This document shows positions 23,525 to 36,162 of a stretch of 64,000 bases of DNA, piece by piece. The notes beneath the pieces are model-generated. The model saw only the letters and a list, made by a program, of their open reading frames with translations. It was not told where the DNA came from and made no database searches. Both the position numbers and the translations under genes were made by a program. Positions within the stretch are counted from its first letter, which is position 1, and each line of letters starts with the position of its first letter. The DNA is taken from the NCBI RefSeq assembly GCF_000143415.4, contig NW_003314264.1:4019229-4083228 (forward strand), given 5' to 3'. This DNA comes from Selaginella moellendorffii (lineage: Eukaryota > Plantae > Lycopodiophyta).

Positions 23525-25163
23525 TTAGTTTACTTGCTGGCCGTACACCTGGTAACCAGTAGTATAGACAAGCGCCGGATCTTGCGGATAGAGGTAAGCG
23601 TACGGAGCCTGGCTATGGTTGTAGGGGTAGAACGCGTTCCATTGAGAATCAAACGGCGGCTGGTACCACGGCAGTGCCGACGACGAGAGCCTCTGGAAGA
23701 AAAAACTTGTCTTGATGAACAAGAGAGCAAGGGAGCGAATTTGCTACACAAATTACCTGCTTGTTCGCGGGGTGACGCCCCCAAGACAATCGAACAGTTT
23801 GCTGGCCTATGACGGAGCCATGGACTTGCTTCAATGCTTCTTCAGCACTGGCCCTGAGAGAGATCGAGTAGAGCATTAGAACAGAAACTTCGCTCGGGCA
23901 TGAGTACCTCGTCATGAACTGTACAAAACCGCAGCCTCTACCCGGGGGGATCTTGGTGTACTTGATCTCACCATACGGGGAGAAGACGTCTTTCAAGTCG
24001 TCCAACGAGACATTCTGGTCTAAGCCGCCTACAAAAATCTGCAAAGCGCACAAAGAGTGCTGAAACGTGAAACGAAGGAAACACAAAGACTCACGGTCGT
24101 GTTTGTGAAGTCGTCCTCACCTGCCGGAGCGGGCATTGCGTAGGCAGGGACCAGCTGATACGAAACTGCGACAAGTCTCAACACACGCGATTACTTCACG
24201 AATCAATGCGATGCAAAGCCAGCAGCCAGAATGCACAGAGAGAGCAAACCTATGATGAGTAAAAGGTTCCTTGCTCAAAGTTTCATCAGAGGTTGCTCGA
24301 GTAGATTACTTCCCAGTGTCTGCTCAGAGTTCTCTCTTTTGGTGGTTCCTTTGAGTCATAGGGTCCGCCTTTAAAACCAATCAGCCTTATAAGCTTTTCC
24401 TTTCCTGCCCATGAAATCACAAGTTTCCAGAAACATGCAGCTAGAGAACAAAGAAACATCCACGAACAAAGAAAAAAAGGACGAAACAAAAGGGAAGAAC
24501 ACATACCTCTTTGTACAGGGTGCTGTTGAGTTTGCTTTTTCGGCGTAGCGGTACGTATTCTCATCGGCCGGGAAGAGCAGTAGACTCCATGCATCTCCGT
24601 CATTGCCGAGCTCTTCTCGGTCTCGTCTCCAAACCTCACAAATCCATAGCCTCGGCACCTCCCGGAGTTGACATCCATGACAACTTTGGCGCTCTTCACC
24701 GAAGGATACCGGCTCTTGAAAGTCTCGAGTAGCATCGCGTCGGTCACGTCCGCCGCAAGGTCCCCCACAAAGATGGAGTCATCGGCTCCAGAGTCGCGCT
24801 TGTCACCTCCGACGCAAGCCCAATTCAGCCGAAACGCTTGCTCGGTGCGCGGCATCACGGCCCCGGTGAAGCTCTGGAGCGCTTTCTCGGCGGCAGCGTG
24901 CGATTCAAACTCCACGAATCCATAGCCTTCGTGGTGGCCGGTTATCTTGTTTCTAATCACCTTGGTGGACACCTGAGAGGCAAAAAAGGGAAGATCTTCC
25001 ACCGCTTTGCTCCAGAAAAAACCGGGAAAGAACTTACGATCGTGGATTGCGGGAAGCAGCTCTTGAGATAGCTCTCGTCCATCCAGTACTGCAAATCGCC
25101 GATCCAAAGGCTGCGAACATCGTCCCGAGCTTGCGCTTGCGTCGCGCCCGGCTGCTGCTCCAT
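23525..25163 (-). CDS. RBP45/RBP47-family 3-RRM RNA-binding protein, multi-exon
   Basis: RSLWIGDLQYWMDESYL, EGYGFVEF, FRLNWA, SIFVGDLAADVTD, IFVGGLD, VRLSWGR. Confidence 0.92.
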
Positions 25164-25414
25164 GCCGCAAATAAACCTCCAACCCTAATCGTGGACGGTC
25201 AAGATATGATGCCCGGACACGTGGCGGGCGGAAAAGGCCGTTGGATGAAGCACCATAGACGTGGCACAGATCCGGGCGTCGATTGATTCCTCTGCCCTAA
25301 TTCCTTGAGTGCCCCAGCCGCCTTGTTGCTGTGCGCGCTCCAAGCTCGATCGAGGTATGTATGATCTTTGCCCCCCTTGCGCGCCGGAATCTTACAGAGA
25401 ATCGCTGCTTAGAA

Positions 25415-27053
25415 ATGTCGGATGATGAGAGTAAGGAGGAGAAGGAGCTCGATTTATCGTCGGCGGATGTAGTGACCAAGTATAAGCTCGCCGCAGAGAT
25501 TGTCAACAGTAAGAGCGGTTATTCTTTCCCGTCGTTCTTCCGGTGCTAAAATCTTTGTTCCAGAGGCTTTGCAAGCTGTATTGGCGGAGTGTAAGGCAGG
25601 GACCAAAGTCGTAGAGCTTTGTGATAGAGGTGACTCTTACATAAAAACGTAAGTGTTTTTTTTTTTCATTGAGACGGGAGAACTTAGAACTTTGGTGTTT
25701 TGTTTCACAGCCAAACGGCCAGCGTCTACAAGAACGCAAAGAAGAAGATCGACAAGGGCGTCGCCTTCCCGACTTGCGTCTCGCTAAACAACACAGTATG
25801 CCATTTCTCTCCCTTGGCTGGCGATGAGACGGCTCTGTCCGAGGGTGACATTGTAAAGATGTAAGCTATGGTTATGTGCTGGTTTAAGTTGTGGTTCTCA
25901 TCAAAGCTTTTTCGCAGTGACCTTGGCTGCCATATCGACGGCTTTGTGGCCGTAGTCGCTCACACGCACGTCCTCCAGGAGGGTCCAGTGACTGGAAGAG
26001 CAGCGGATGTTTTAGCAGCTGCCAACACTGCGGCAGAAGTTGCTCTCAGGCTCGTGAGGCCTGGAAAGAAGGTGTCTTTACCAGTCTGAGTATAGGTGGT
26101 CGTTACTCACGGTTTCTTTCTGTTTGTCTTTCTGAATAGACCAGGGACGTCTCGGAAGCCATCCAAAAGGTAGCGGCGGCTTATGACTGCAAAGTTGCCG
26201 AGGGAGTCTTGAGCCACCAAATGAAGCAGTTCGTCATCGATGGCAACAAAGTCATACTGAGTGTTTCGAATCCGGAAACCCGCGTGGACGAGTCAGAGTT
26301 CGAGGAGAACGAGGTCTATGCCATTGACATCGTCACAAGCACTGGTGAAGGAAAGGTTTGTAGCTTTGACTTATCGTTGAAATCTAAGGAAGTAAGAAAC
26401 GCAAACGTTATCGCAGCCGAAGCTTCTCGACGAGAGACAGACAACAGTCTACAAAAGGGCCGTGGACAAGAGCTATCATTTGAAGATGAAGGCCTCGAGG
26501 TTTATATTCAGTGAAATAAGCCAGAAGTTCCCGCTCATGCCCTTTACCGCCAGGCAAGTTTTCTTCTGTAATTCTATCCTTCTGGTGAGCTCAAATTTGC
26601 ATTTTCCAGGGAGCTGGAAGAGAAGCGTGCAAGGCTGGGGCTGGTTGAGTGTGTCAACCATGAGTTGCTGCAACCGTACCCTGTTTTACACGAGAGAACA
26701 GGTCTCCCTCTTTACTTTTCAGTCTTTGGATCGAACTTAAGTTTCTCTTTTCGCAGGGGATTTGGTAGCTCACATCAAGTTTACGGTGTTGTTGATGCCA
26801 AATGGCTCGGATCGAATCACCGGACACAGCGTTCAAGACGTACAACCATCCTCGACCGTGGACGATCCGGAGATTAAGTCGTGGTTAGCCATGGGTATAA
26901 AGTCAAAGAAGAAAGGAGGAGGAAAGAAAAAGAAAGGTTTGTAGTGATTGGATTTTCTCTTGGGAAGATTTTAAGATCGCAACCGTGTGCCGTGCAGGGA
27001 AGAAGGGTGAAGAAGCTGCCGAGGCTAATGAAGAAGAGGAGGCCACTGTTTAG
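25415..27053 (+). CDS. EBP1: ErbB3-binding protein 1 (PA2G4/EBP1), multi-exon, one GC-AG intron near 26553
   Basis: [67 protein letters not shown]. Confidence 0.95.
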
Positions 27054-27371
27054 CAAAGCAAAAATTTTGACTGCCAGGTGTTTGTAGGCAATACTTCGAC
27101 TTGCAAAGAAACAAGAAAAGATTCCATCTTGGAGAGCGCCACGTACAAAGTTTGGAGGAATTGATTTGTCTTGCAGCAAAGTCAGACTTTTGTTGGCCTA
27201 CTCCTGAGAAAAATGAAGAGAACGATGGTTTCTTCTGGACTTCGACAATCGATTGAGTTCGTACACATCCAATAGCTTTTGTTTACTGCCGACAACATAA
27301 GAACCTCTTGTTATTTTCTTCTTCCTACCAAAACGTCGCTCAGTTTAGTGGTTTTTTTTCTTCATCGTTCC

Positions 27372-28539
27372 TCACGGCTTGATCACGAACAAAGGCTGCA
27401 CAAACAAAAACAAAATCAGGGAATCCAGAACTTTGAGATCTGGAGACGAGACTTACATCATCGGCAGCGACGGGCTTTCCATCCTCGGCGACGATCTCGA
27501 CAAGCGTCCCGTCTTGATCGGACTGTTAACAGTAGGTGGAATAAGAAATGAAAAGCTGGCAAAAAAGATCCCCACCTCAATGCTGTTCATCAGCTTCATT
27601 GCCTCAATGATGCAAAGAACTTGGCCTTTACGGACTTTGTCCCCCACCTAAAGAAGTAAACCCGATAAAAAGCTATGCAGCAAAGTAAGAAAAAGTCTCA
27701 CCTTTACAAATGGAGGCTCTCCTGGTCCTGGCGATCGATAGAAATTCCCAGCCATGGGTGAGACCATGGGTGGATATTGTGGAGCGCTTGGAGCAGCTTG
27801 CGGAGCCTCGGCAGCTTGCGTTATCGCGGGAGATGGAGATGGAGCTGCTGGCATGGGAGCTGGAGTCGGCATCGCAAAAGCCGACGGTGGAAACATTGGA
27901 TATGGAAGCCCAGCGGCGGCGGGGACGGGAGGAGCTGCCGCTGGTGGTGGTGCCAAAGCCTCGGCCTTCCTGATGACGATCTCATAGTCCTTGTGCTTGA
28001 GTTCCAGCTCCACTATGTCTTTGGAATCCACTAGCCTGGACGAAAAGTTTGTGGCATAAGAACAAAAGATTGTTTTGTTCTTTTGGGAGTACTTACTTGA
28101 CCAAGCTCGACACGTCGGCTAGAAAGGATTTCACGTCCGCGGCCGCGAGAGCCGGCTCCTTCTCTATAGCCGGCTCCTCCACTGGACTCGTCGCTCCCAC
28201 TGCCTCGGTGAGCTTCTCTTCCGCCTTGACGCCATCGACAGTCACCTGCGACGAGACTTAGCCACTGATCTAAAGCGCGAGAACAAAGAACAGGGGAAGC
28301 TCTAAGCCCGCATTGCGCAATGCAGCCACTGCAATCCAATCAAACCTAGCACGTACCGCCTCCGCCACTGCCACGCTCCTCCACACCCCGGCTTTTCGTT
28401 GTAGATCCGCCGCCGATCTGCCGCCAAGCCTGACGCTCCGCCCGTAGAAGCACGACGATGCCGGCGCCGCGGCCGCCCGCGGCACTCCACAGCATGCATC
28501 CTCGCACCGCGCGGGGATCAAAATCCGACATGCCGCCAT
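27372..28539 (-). CDS. BCCP: Biotin carboxyl carrier protein of plastid heteromeric ACCase
   Basis: SPMAGNFYRSPGPGEPPFVK, CIIEAMKLMN biotinylation motif, ends PLFVIKP*. Confidence 0.93.
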
Positions 28540-28918
28540 AGCTGTCGCTCGAAATCGCCCGCGGGAATCGCTCGCGCTCTAGAAATATTTCCTCTCTCTC
28601 GCGCTCGCTCGCCCTAGGGATTAAATTGTGGAGCTTGGCTTGAAATAGGACAGGAGGCAACTGGACATACCAATGCCTGTGTGTCGGATCGGCCCAAGCG
28701 CTGGGCCTTAAGGACACTACGTGGATTTACACTGGTAATTTCGCAAGGACTCCATGCGAAAGATACGAGCCCCTCTTTCTTGCATGGCTGGGCTCCACTA
28801 AAATACCGGGGGTTCGATTCCAAGGAAAGAGAATATGCTTTGGCATCACCTACATTTGAATGTTTTAGTTTTTGGCGCCGATTCAAGATTAGGGCTCTTG
28901 CGAGGATAGGGTTTGCTG

Positions 28919-30015
28919 ATGAATTTGGCGAGGGCGATCGGCAATCGTGCGCGGAGGAACACGATCGGCGCCGGCGCGCTCGGCCGGATTCGGCATTTCG
29001 ATGCGCCGCGGGCCTCGCGGCCATGTTTCCAGGTTGGGGGAGGGATCGATGCTGCTGCGGAGCTCCATGGGGCTCCGCGGTTCTTCTCTGCGGGGCGGCT
29101 GCTCCAGGGGGGCAAAGACGCCGGGAAATCGGACGTTTCTAAGCAGAAAAAGGGGGGATTTGTGGGATGGTACTTGAATAATCTGGACAAGCGGCCAGTC
29201 GTCACGAAATCTCTCACTGCCTGTACGATTTACACCACAGCGGACCTCGTTGCGCAGGTAAGCTCTTTCTTTCTCTGTGATTTCCAGGTGTGCTTTTCGC
29301 GTGCTTGAGCTCATATATTTTTGGCAGGGTGGTCTACACACTTAACGAAAACGTTATGAAAAGTAAGATAATCCAGTGTTCTGTGTGTGTGCATAGTTTC
29401 TTCTCCTAGTTTTTTTTCTTTGTGTGACAAACTTCAAGGTGGTCTTTCCAGAAACTCACGGCTATGAAGCTGGGTAACGATGCTCCATGGGACCACGTAC
29501 GTACACTGCGCATGTCCGCTGTTGGATTGCTTATGTCGGGGCCAACGTTGCACCTATGGTTCAATTTCTTGAACAAGATACTGCCGGGGAGAGATATGAT
29601 CAGCACGCTGAAGAAAATGTTGCTGGGACAAACAACCTACGGGCCTGCGTTTACAGCCACGTTTTTCTCTATAAATGCCCTCGCGCAAGGTCTGAAGTCA
29701 TGGCTACTTAGTGTTATTGTTCCTGATGCTGGTGTGTATGTGTGTGTTTTGCAGGCGAGAATGGTGCTCAAATCTGGCAGAGGTTGAAAAGGGACCTTAT
29801 TCCCACTTTAGCGAGTGGGCTTATGTATTGGCCATTTTGTGATCTGATCACGTTTCGCTATGTTCCTGTGCATTTACAAGTACGCTGCTCTTTCTCCTTG
29901 GCTTTAGTTCTCTTCAGTTGCTGACTTGTGTTTTTTTGTAATGCAGCCTTTGGTTAGCAACTCTTTCTCGTTAATATGGACCGTCTACCTTACATACATG
30001 GCAAGCTTGAAGTGA
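28919..30015 (+). CDS. Mpv17/PMP22 family membrane protein, multi-exon
   Basis: WYLNNLDKRPVVTKSLT, DLVAQ, RTLRMSAVG, HLWFNFL, YWPFCDLITFRYVP. Confidence 0.9.
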
Positions 30016-30449
30016 GGTAAAAACTTGCCTTTCAATTTTGTATACATAGGCAAGCGATGCCCCCAGTCACACGCACAGGAACTCGTTATTTTGAGGTCCG
30101 GTTAAGTTTGGTTAGATTGTGGACAAAGACCAGCTCTGAACTTTGCTGTTCTTGCCACGTTAAGTTATCGGTTTCACTTTATAAAGCTCCGCTAGTGATC
30201 TCGATCCAGTGTCACCGCCAGGAAGACAGACTTATCAACCTTGCAAAGAAAATTTCTTTGACAACATCCATTTACAAAGATTTTTTTGGCCACACGATTA
30301 TCTTCCTCACGAGACGCTCTTCATGCAAAGGTGCGGCGGTAGATTTCGATGACTGACATTTTTTATATATATATGTTGTTACAAATGACAAGGAAACCAC
30401 TTCCGACCGTGGCCCTTCGGTCGCTGCTCATTTATAATCCGGGTTGACC

Positions 30450-32177
30450 TTATGAAGCTCCCAGCCCAAGGAAATCTATGAAAGGTCTGCTCGTCGATCC
30501 TCCGGATCCAGCATCGCAGCTGATAACAGGACCTGGGCTTGACGATGGTGTCAAAAGCAAAGAACTGGCATCCTGAGCAGCAGCGGTGGTCGACTCCAAT
30601 CCAAGAGCTGGCTTCACTGGAAACGGATGAATGCACTCGGACACATCGGAGACGGAGGAGGAGCTGCGTTTGCTATCCTCCAGAGACTGTTCGTGGTGGC
30701 CTATCAACCAGGAACTGGCAGCATCGAGATGGTGATGGTGGCTCTTTTTATTCACGGCGGTGGCGGCGGTGGCGGAGGTGGCGGCGACTTTGCTTAGAGA
30801 CGGACTTTGGTGGCTGCTGAGAGCGCTGCCCAGAGACGTGACTCCGTTTGCGCTGATATCGTCGAGATGGAAGAGGCCATGGTGGTGCATTGGAGCAGGG
30901 CCAGTGTAGATCTTTCCGGCGAGAGCGTCTTGGCTGCAGGTGGGATGGCCCCAGGGACAGGCTTGCGAGAGGAGAAGCGTCGGCTGGGAAGCAGGTGGCC
31001 CAGAAGAAGCTGCACAAAGAAAGACGGGGCCAGCAATGTGAGAACGATGCGTGATGGCCTCGATCGAGCTCTCACCTCTTGTGGCCGCATTGCTCCCGAG
31101 TTTGCGAGCGCTCGCGTCGAAATGATCCTGCGGCACGGCATTGAGGTCCAGGCGGTCCGCCGCTCGTTGGAAGAGGGTGCTGTTGATCGACTTGGTGGCA
31201 CCGCCGGCGTTGCAAGCCGATTTCAAGCGATCGTCGTTAACAAGAGAGTACTTTTGGATCCACGCCGTGAGGGACTGGGCTACCGTCTGGCCGATGCTGG
31301 GACGCTTGGTTCTCCAGGAAGCCTGGCTCTTCTTACGTCCTTGCATCCGGGACCTCTCGCGGAGCTTCCTGGCCATGACAACGTGCCAGTGGTTCTTGAC
31401 AGCGTTATCAGTTCTCCCGGGGAAGATCCTGGCGATCATCGCCCACTTGTTCCCGTGAAGCTGGTGCGCGGCGAGCAGTCGCTCCTCCTCTTCCTCGGAG
31501 AATGGCTTGCGGTTGATCCGGGGATCCAGCTGGTTGAACCATCGCAGCCGGCAGCTCTTTCCTGCGACATCATCGACAGTGGCCGTGGTGAGAAAAACAG
31601 ATTTTTCAAACAGGAGGACGAGGATGAGAGAGCTGTGATATTCACCTGATCGACCCTCGAGCTTCTCGGCAATCACGTTCCAGTTCTGAGGCCCGTGGAT
31701 CCGGACGAGCTCCTTGAGCTTCTCGTCCTCGGCGGGCCGCCAGTGGCCGCGGTGGCACAGCTTGGACTGCGAGCAATCGGCGTCCCTGTCCACGGAATTC
31801 TCCGACTCGTCGTTCATGGTATCCTGCGTCTGGTTGTTGAAGCTGCCTTGATCCATGTACTCATCGCCACCACCACCGCCACCGCCACCGCCGCCGCCAC
31901 TACTTCCAACAACTTGGGGACTCCTTTGCTGCTGCTGCTGCTGCTGCTGGTGTTGGAGCCCCCAGGTCCAAGGAACTGGCGGCATTTGCATCTGGATGGA
32001 CGGAGCTACAACACTAGACTGCTGCTGCTGCTGCTGCTGCTGTTGGTGCTGGCTGCTCCATCCGATCCGAGAGTTACTTCCGGCCATCGCCTGTGCTGCT
32101 GCTGCTACTGCTGCTGCTGGCGTTCCTCCCAGTTCTCCAGCGGCAGCACCATTCATGAAGTCGAGGAACATGAGCAT
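30450..32177 (-). CDS. R2R3-MYB transcription factor, subgroup 21 (MYB52/105/117-like); intron 31562-31645
   Basis: [51 protein letters not shown]-terminal FIDFLG motif; start could be 32177, 32171 or 32156. Confidence 0.92.
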   Translation of the reverse strand: MLMFLDFMNGAAAGELGGTPAAAVAAAAQAMAGSNSRIGWSSQHQQQQQQQQQSSVVAPSIQMQMPPVPWTWGLQHQQQQQQQQRSPQVVGSSGGGGGGGGGGGDEYMDQGSFNNQTQDTMNDESENSVDRDADCSQSKLCHRGHWRPAEDEKLKELVRIHGPQNWNVIAEKLEGRSGEYHSSLILVLLFEKSVFLTTATVDDVAGKSCRLRWFNQLDPRINRKPFSEEEEERLLAAHQLHGNKWAMIARIFPGRTDNAVKNHWHVVMARKLRERSRMQGRKKSQASWRTKRPSIGQTVAQSLTAWIQKYSLVNDDRLKSACNAGGATKSINSTLFQRAADRLDLNAVPQDHFDASARKLGSNAATRGESSIEAITHRSHIAGPVFLCAASSGPPASQPTLLLSQACPWGHPTCSQDALAGKIYTGPAPMHHHGLFHLDDISANGVTSLGSALSSHQSPSLSKVAATSATAATAVNKKSHHHHLDAASSWLIGHHEQSLEDSKRSSSSVSDVSECIHPFPVKPALGLESTTAAAQDASSLLLTPSSSPGPVISCDAGSGGSTSRPFIDFLGLGAS

Positions 32178-32456
32178 ATGGATCGATGTGTGGGGGGAGG
32201 GGGCGAAGGAATAGGAGGAGGAGAGAGCGCGAGAGAGATGGGAGAAGTTACGCAACAACAATGCAAAAGTGGCAGCACAGAGAGGCGAGCAAGGAGGGCG
32301 GCCGAAAAAAAAAGGAGAGAAACAACGAGAAACAAAACAAACAACTTACTTATACCCGGGGCCGAATGACTGGACTCCGTTACGCGCGCCCGCATTCCGG
32401 CGGCGCGCGCGCCACACACAGGAAAAAAGGAAAAAAAAAAACAGTTTGGTGTGATT

Positions 32457-32527
32457 GCCACGTGGCTGACACGTCAGTGCCACGCGAACGACCAGATTCT
32501 TTTTTTAGCGCTTTAATTATGACGTCA
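32457..32527. promoter_or_regulatory. Cluster of ACGT-core bZIP/bHLH sites upstream of the MYB gene
   Basis: GCCACGTGGC (perfect G-box palindrome), TGACACGTCA, GCCACGCG and TGACGTCA within 70 bp. Confidence 0.55.
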
Positions 32528-35195
32528 CCAAACATCACACGTCATAGTGACTAAAGAATCTTTGTTGGATTCGCGTTTTTTTACTTCTCTCTTCGCGGGC
32601 GACAACGTCACAGTGTGAAAGAATTAACTTTTGCTTTCACGACATAACGACGCTTAAAAAGAATAGCACCAACAAGCTGGTACCTTGCGAAAGAAAGAAC
32701 GCTATCAAAAAATTCGTGCCTCTTTCTCAATGGGTTCTGTTATTCACACACACATTTCCACGAGCGTGAGAAGAACACAAGCGAAGAGAAATCAGCTCAC
32801 CAGTAGCGAGGGATCACATCGCATCCCATCGCATTGTCACGGAGCACGGACTGATACCACCCCTGGTTCCTGGCTGTCAAATTCGGGAAGAACAAAAAAG
32901 AAAAAACGAAAAGCCACACTTATCTCCCGAGTGAATGTGGCTCCAGCTGAGGCAGGCCGGATTCTCCTCCATCTTCCAACGATGCTTTTCTTTCTCCGTT
33001 GTCTCTCGAATCTCGCTCTCTCGATCAAGCGCTTCTTCCATGAAAGTAAAGAGAAAAGGTTCCAAACTCCGAGGCACTGTGTCTGTGTAGGTGGCGCTCG
33101 CTGCTTGGCGGTGGCCCTTTTGTCTTTCTCAACCCGTCAGGCCCGAAGATAATTGCACACCCGAGGTACCACCACCAGTACCACCACAAGTCACCGAGTT
33201 CGCTGACTTTAGCTTCCCGAGAGACAACACCGCAATGAGTGCCTTGGAAGGCAGAATCATAATTCCAGCAGCAACTTATCTGCCATAAAACCCACGAGTG
33301 ACGACTTCCTGTAATGCTGCTGCTACTATCCTGCTGCTGCTGTTGTTACTTTTCCCCTCCGAGATGCAAAAGAGAGAGAGGGAGAGCTCTCCCTTCAAGT
33401 CCCTGCTTCCTTCCTGCTATTCTATCTATCTATATGCTGTTTATATTCCTTTCCTTCCTCCCTCCCTCCCTCTCTCCCTCCTCTGGCTGGCCCCTGGCAC
33501 TCCCAAATTCCCAGATTCCCAAAGGTACCCCTAGTGCTATAGCTAGAATTGGAGATAGAGAGATGATCTGGCCTAGGCAGGGAGAGTATGAAGCCTATAA
33601 CAAACAGAGCACACTGTTGTAAGGCCTGACTATGGACAAGACGACTTCTTTCTAGCGGGGCTTCTGGTAAGTCTGCCTATTACGGACGAGACGAGGAGAT
33701 GGTGGATGGAGATATAGAGAGAGGATGGTGATGCTAAAAGAGAGGACGCTTAGGGAAGCACACGCGCTGCTGCAATCAATACCACATGCAACATCAACAA
33801 GCCAAGAAAGGACCGACGACGCAGCTCGCAAGAGCGATCTTTCGAGCAAGGAATGAAAATCTAAGCTACACAAAAAGCCCACTTGTAAACTACACATACC
33901 TTTCAAAGCCTCATTACGACAGCCGATATCACCACCACCCCCGCCACAGACACACCGTTGCTGCTGCTGCTGCTCCTGCGTAAGTATTCCTTTTCGTGGA
34001 CTCACAAGGTACACGTCCCCTGTGCGCAATGCACGTGGATGGATACGGAGGGTTGAAACTCCACGGGACTGCACTGCCACATCGGCTCTGTGCCTGTTCT
34101 GTCTGCCTGCGCAGAACCAAAACCGAGGTGAGTATGAGGACTTTTTAGCATTTAGCATTAGCCTCACCTTGATGATACCATTACCAAGTGGTCAACTTAG
34201 CATAGCTACCTAAGGTGGAAAATGAGGAGAAAAAAAAGAAAAGATCGTCAATAAGAATGAAATCAGATTACCTCTGCCTGCGCGATGCTCTTTTACACAC
34301 CAGTATCAGTAGCGTTGGATCTCGGTTGGAGCGCCTCCTCTCTAGCTTTATAGACGCCTAGGACATAGTTCCTCTGCCTGAGATGTGCTCTGACTTGTCC
34401 AAACAGCTGCCAGCGGAGAAGCCGCCCATAACCAATACCAAATCCCACCAAGTACTTATGGTGGATTTGATCGATCACATGGAAAGGCCTTCACAATCGG
34501 TGCAGACAGTAAGCAGCAACAACAACAGCAGCAACGAGAGAGCCTGGTTAAGCTGTTTTTCCCTGCTGCAGGAATCCAACACCACAACCTTGCCTTTGCT
34601 GACGACCCGGATGATGGAAGCCTCACACGCAAAAGGCACCCCAAGGACGACCTGGGAAGAGTCAGCCACCTTTGCATAAAATACCCCCGCTCCACGAACT
34701 GATGTATGAAAGGAGCGCCTGAGAGGCAGTCCATATCCATCCAGAGCCAAATCTATATCCAATGTTCCCCTGCCACTGTACTCGAGCCTCGCCATCAATA
34801 CCACCCCACCTTCCAAAGCCGAGAAAAAGACCATTCCTGGCACCAATTGAACCGACAAGTGACCGGATTCGAGCTCCATGAGGTGCACGAGAAGGCAATC
34901 TCATCGGCCACATAGTCCTGATTCGAACCACCTTCGTTTCTCCTGTGCCTGTGCCGCTCAGTCGCCAGAGAAAGGAAAAAAGAATAAACAATATGCTTAC
35001 CCCGATTTGTTGTGGATTGTAAGATCCAGGATACGAAAGCCAACTAAATCCTGCCTGATGATGGTAATAAAACACAATGATTGCACGATTGCCTAATTTA
35101 ACCAGATTATCTGCACCAACACATCAGGCAGACCCCACGAGGCGAGCTAAGATAAGCAAATCGAACTGTCTATGTACGCATCATACCATATACGT

Positions 35196-35854
35196 CTAGG
35201 CCCGTGGTAGATTACGAGCTGTTTGATGCTCAAGTTGCTCCACGGTTTCCCGTAACATCTTTCTGTCCGCGCTTGTCAAGGCTTTATCTACATGAAAAAA
35301 CAAAACAAAAAAAACCGCGAAAGGATACATTTGAGCTGCCAGGAGATGGATATCCTTCATCTCCTCGTTAAGTCTGCAACTCACAAGAAAAACATGAGAA
35401 ACAAGCATCTAGAGAGGAAGCAGAAAAAAAAAAACAAAGAAGAAAAAGCTCACCTGAGACAAGAATTTACAAACTTATTTCCTTTCGTAGCAGCGTCAAT
35501 GCCTGCATTAGAATCGCATATCAAAAAAACAAGAAAAAACAAGAAAAAGAATAACTTACATCCATTTTGTAGACTCCCGGCAGCATTATTGTAGCACGCC
35601 AGATGATCCCGCGTACTGCCAGTGACCTAGACCAGAAATCTTCACTCCAGAGGCCAAAATTTAGGCTTGCAGAACCATACCTCGCTCATCGCCTCCCTCA
35701 GCGATGCCACCAGCGAGCAGAAGCTACCCGCGGCATCTCTCGCTTCATCCTCCACGGCTTGCAGCAGCTGCGTCGCCCTGCGCACATCTGCCGTGGAATC
35801 AAACACGGGCTGGATCTCGTTCTGGAGGGCGCCTTCTCCTCCTCCCCCCGCCAT
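35196..35854 (-). CDS. BORC/BLOC-1-related subunit 6-like coiled-coil protein, 5 exons, last intron U12-type
   Basis: Spliced ...VEDEARDAAGSFCSLVASLREAMSE-VTGSTRDHLACY...CIDAATKGNKFVNSCL-RLNEEMKDIHLLAAQ-IKMLRETVEQLE resembles the BORCS6 C-terminal helix; family call from memory. Confidence 0.65.
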
Positions 35855-36162
35855 CGCTCCTCCAAAGCCCTAAAGCAAACGCCCTAATCTACAGTGGCGG
35901 GATTAGCATATTCCCAAGAATTATATTCAAACACGAGATAAGAACAGTGAAGTAAAAATTCGCATTGCTGTGATAGACGGCTCAAGGTTTTTCCATGCAA
36001 AACGTTTCTTTTCATACGCTCGACTGTGGAGAGGGAGACTCGGGAAGGAGAAGAAGAGTCTAGCCCGACCCGGGGAGCATTATCGACGAGTAATGGCTGT
36101 GTCCCATTGATTTATCGCGCTGCGGACCTGGATTATCGCTATGTCGCCCACTGACGATCGCC

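Noticed and set aside
31925-32120. (CTG)n trinucleotide tracts
   Set aside because: They encode poly-Gln and poly-Ala in the MYB N-terminus, which is common in transcription factors
33381-33403. miR159/319-like sequence (GGACTTGAAGGGAGAGCTC on the minus strand)
   Set aside because: Needs insertions to match miR319, and no complementary arm forming a long hairpin was found
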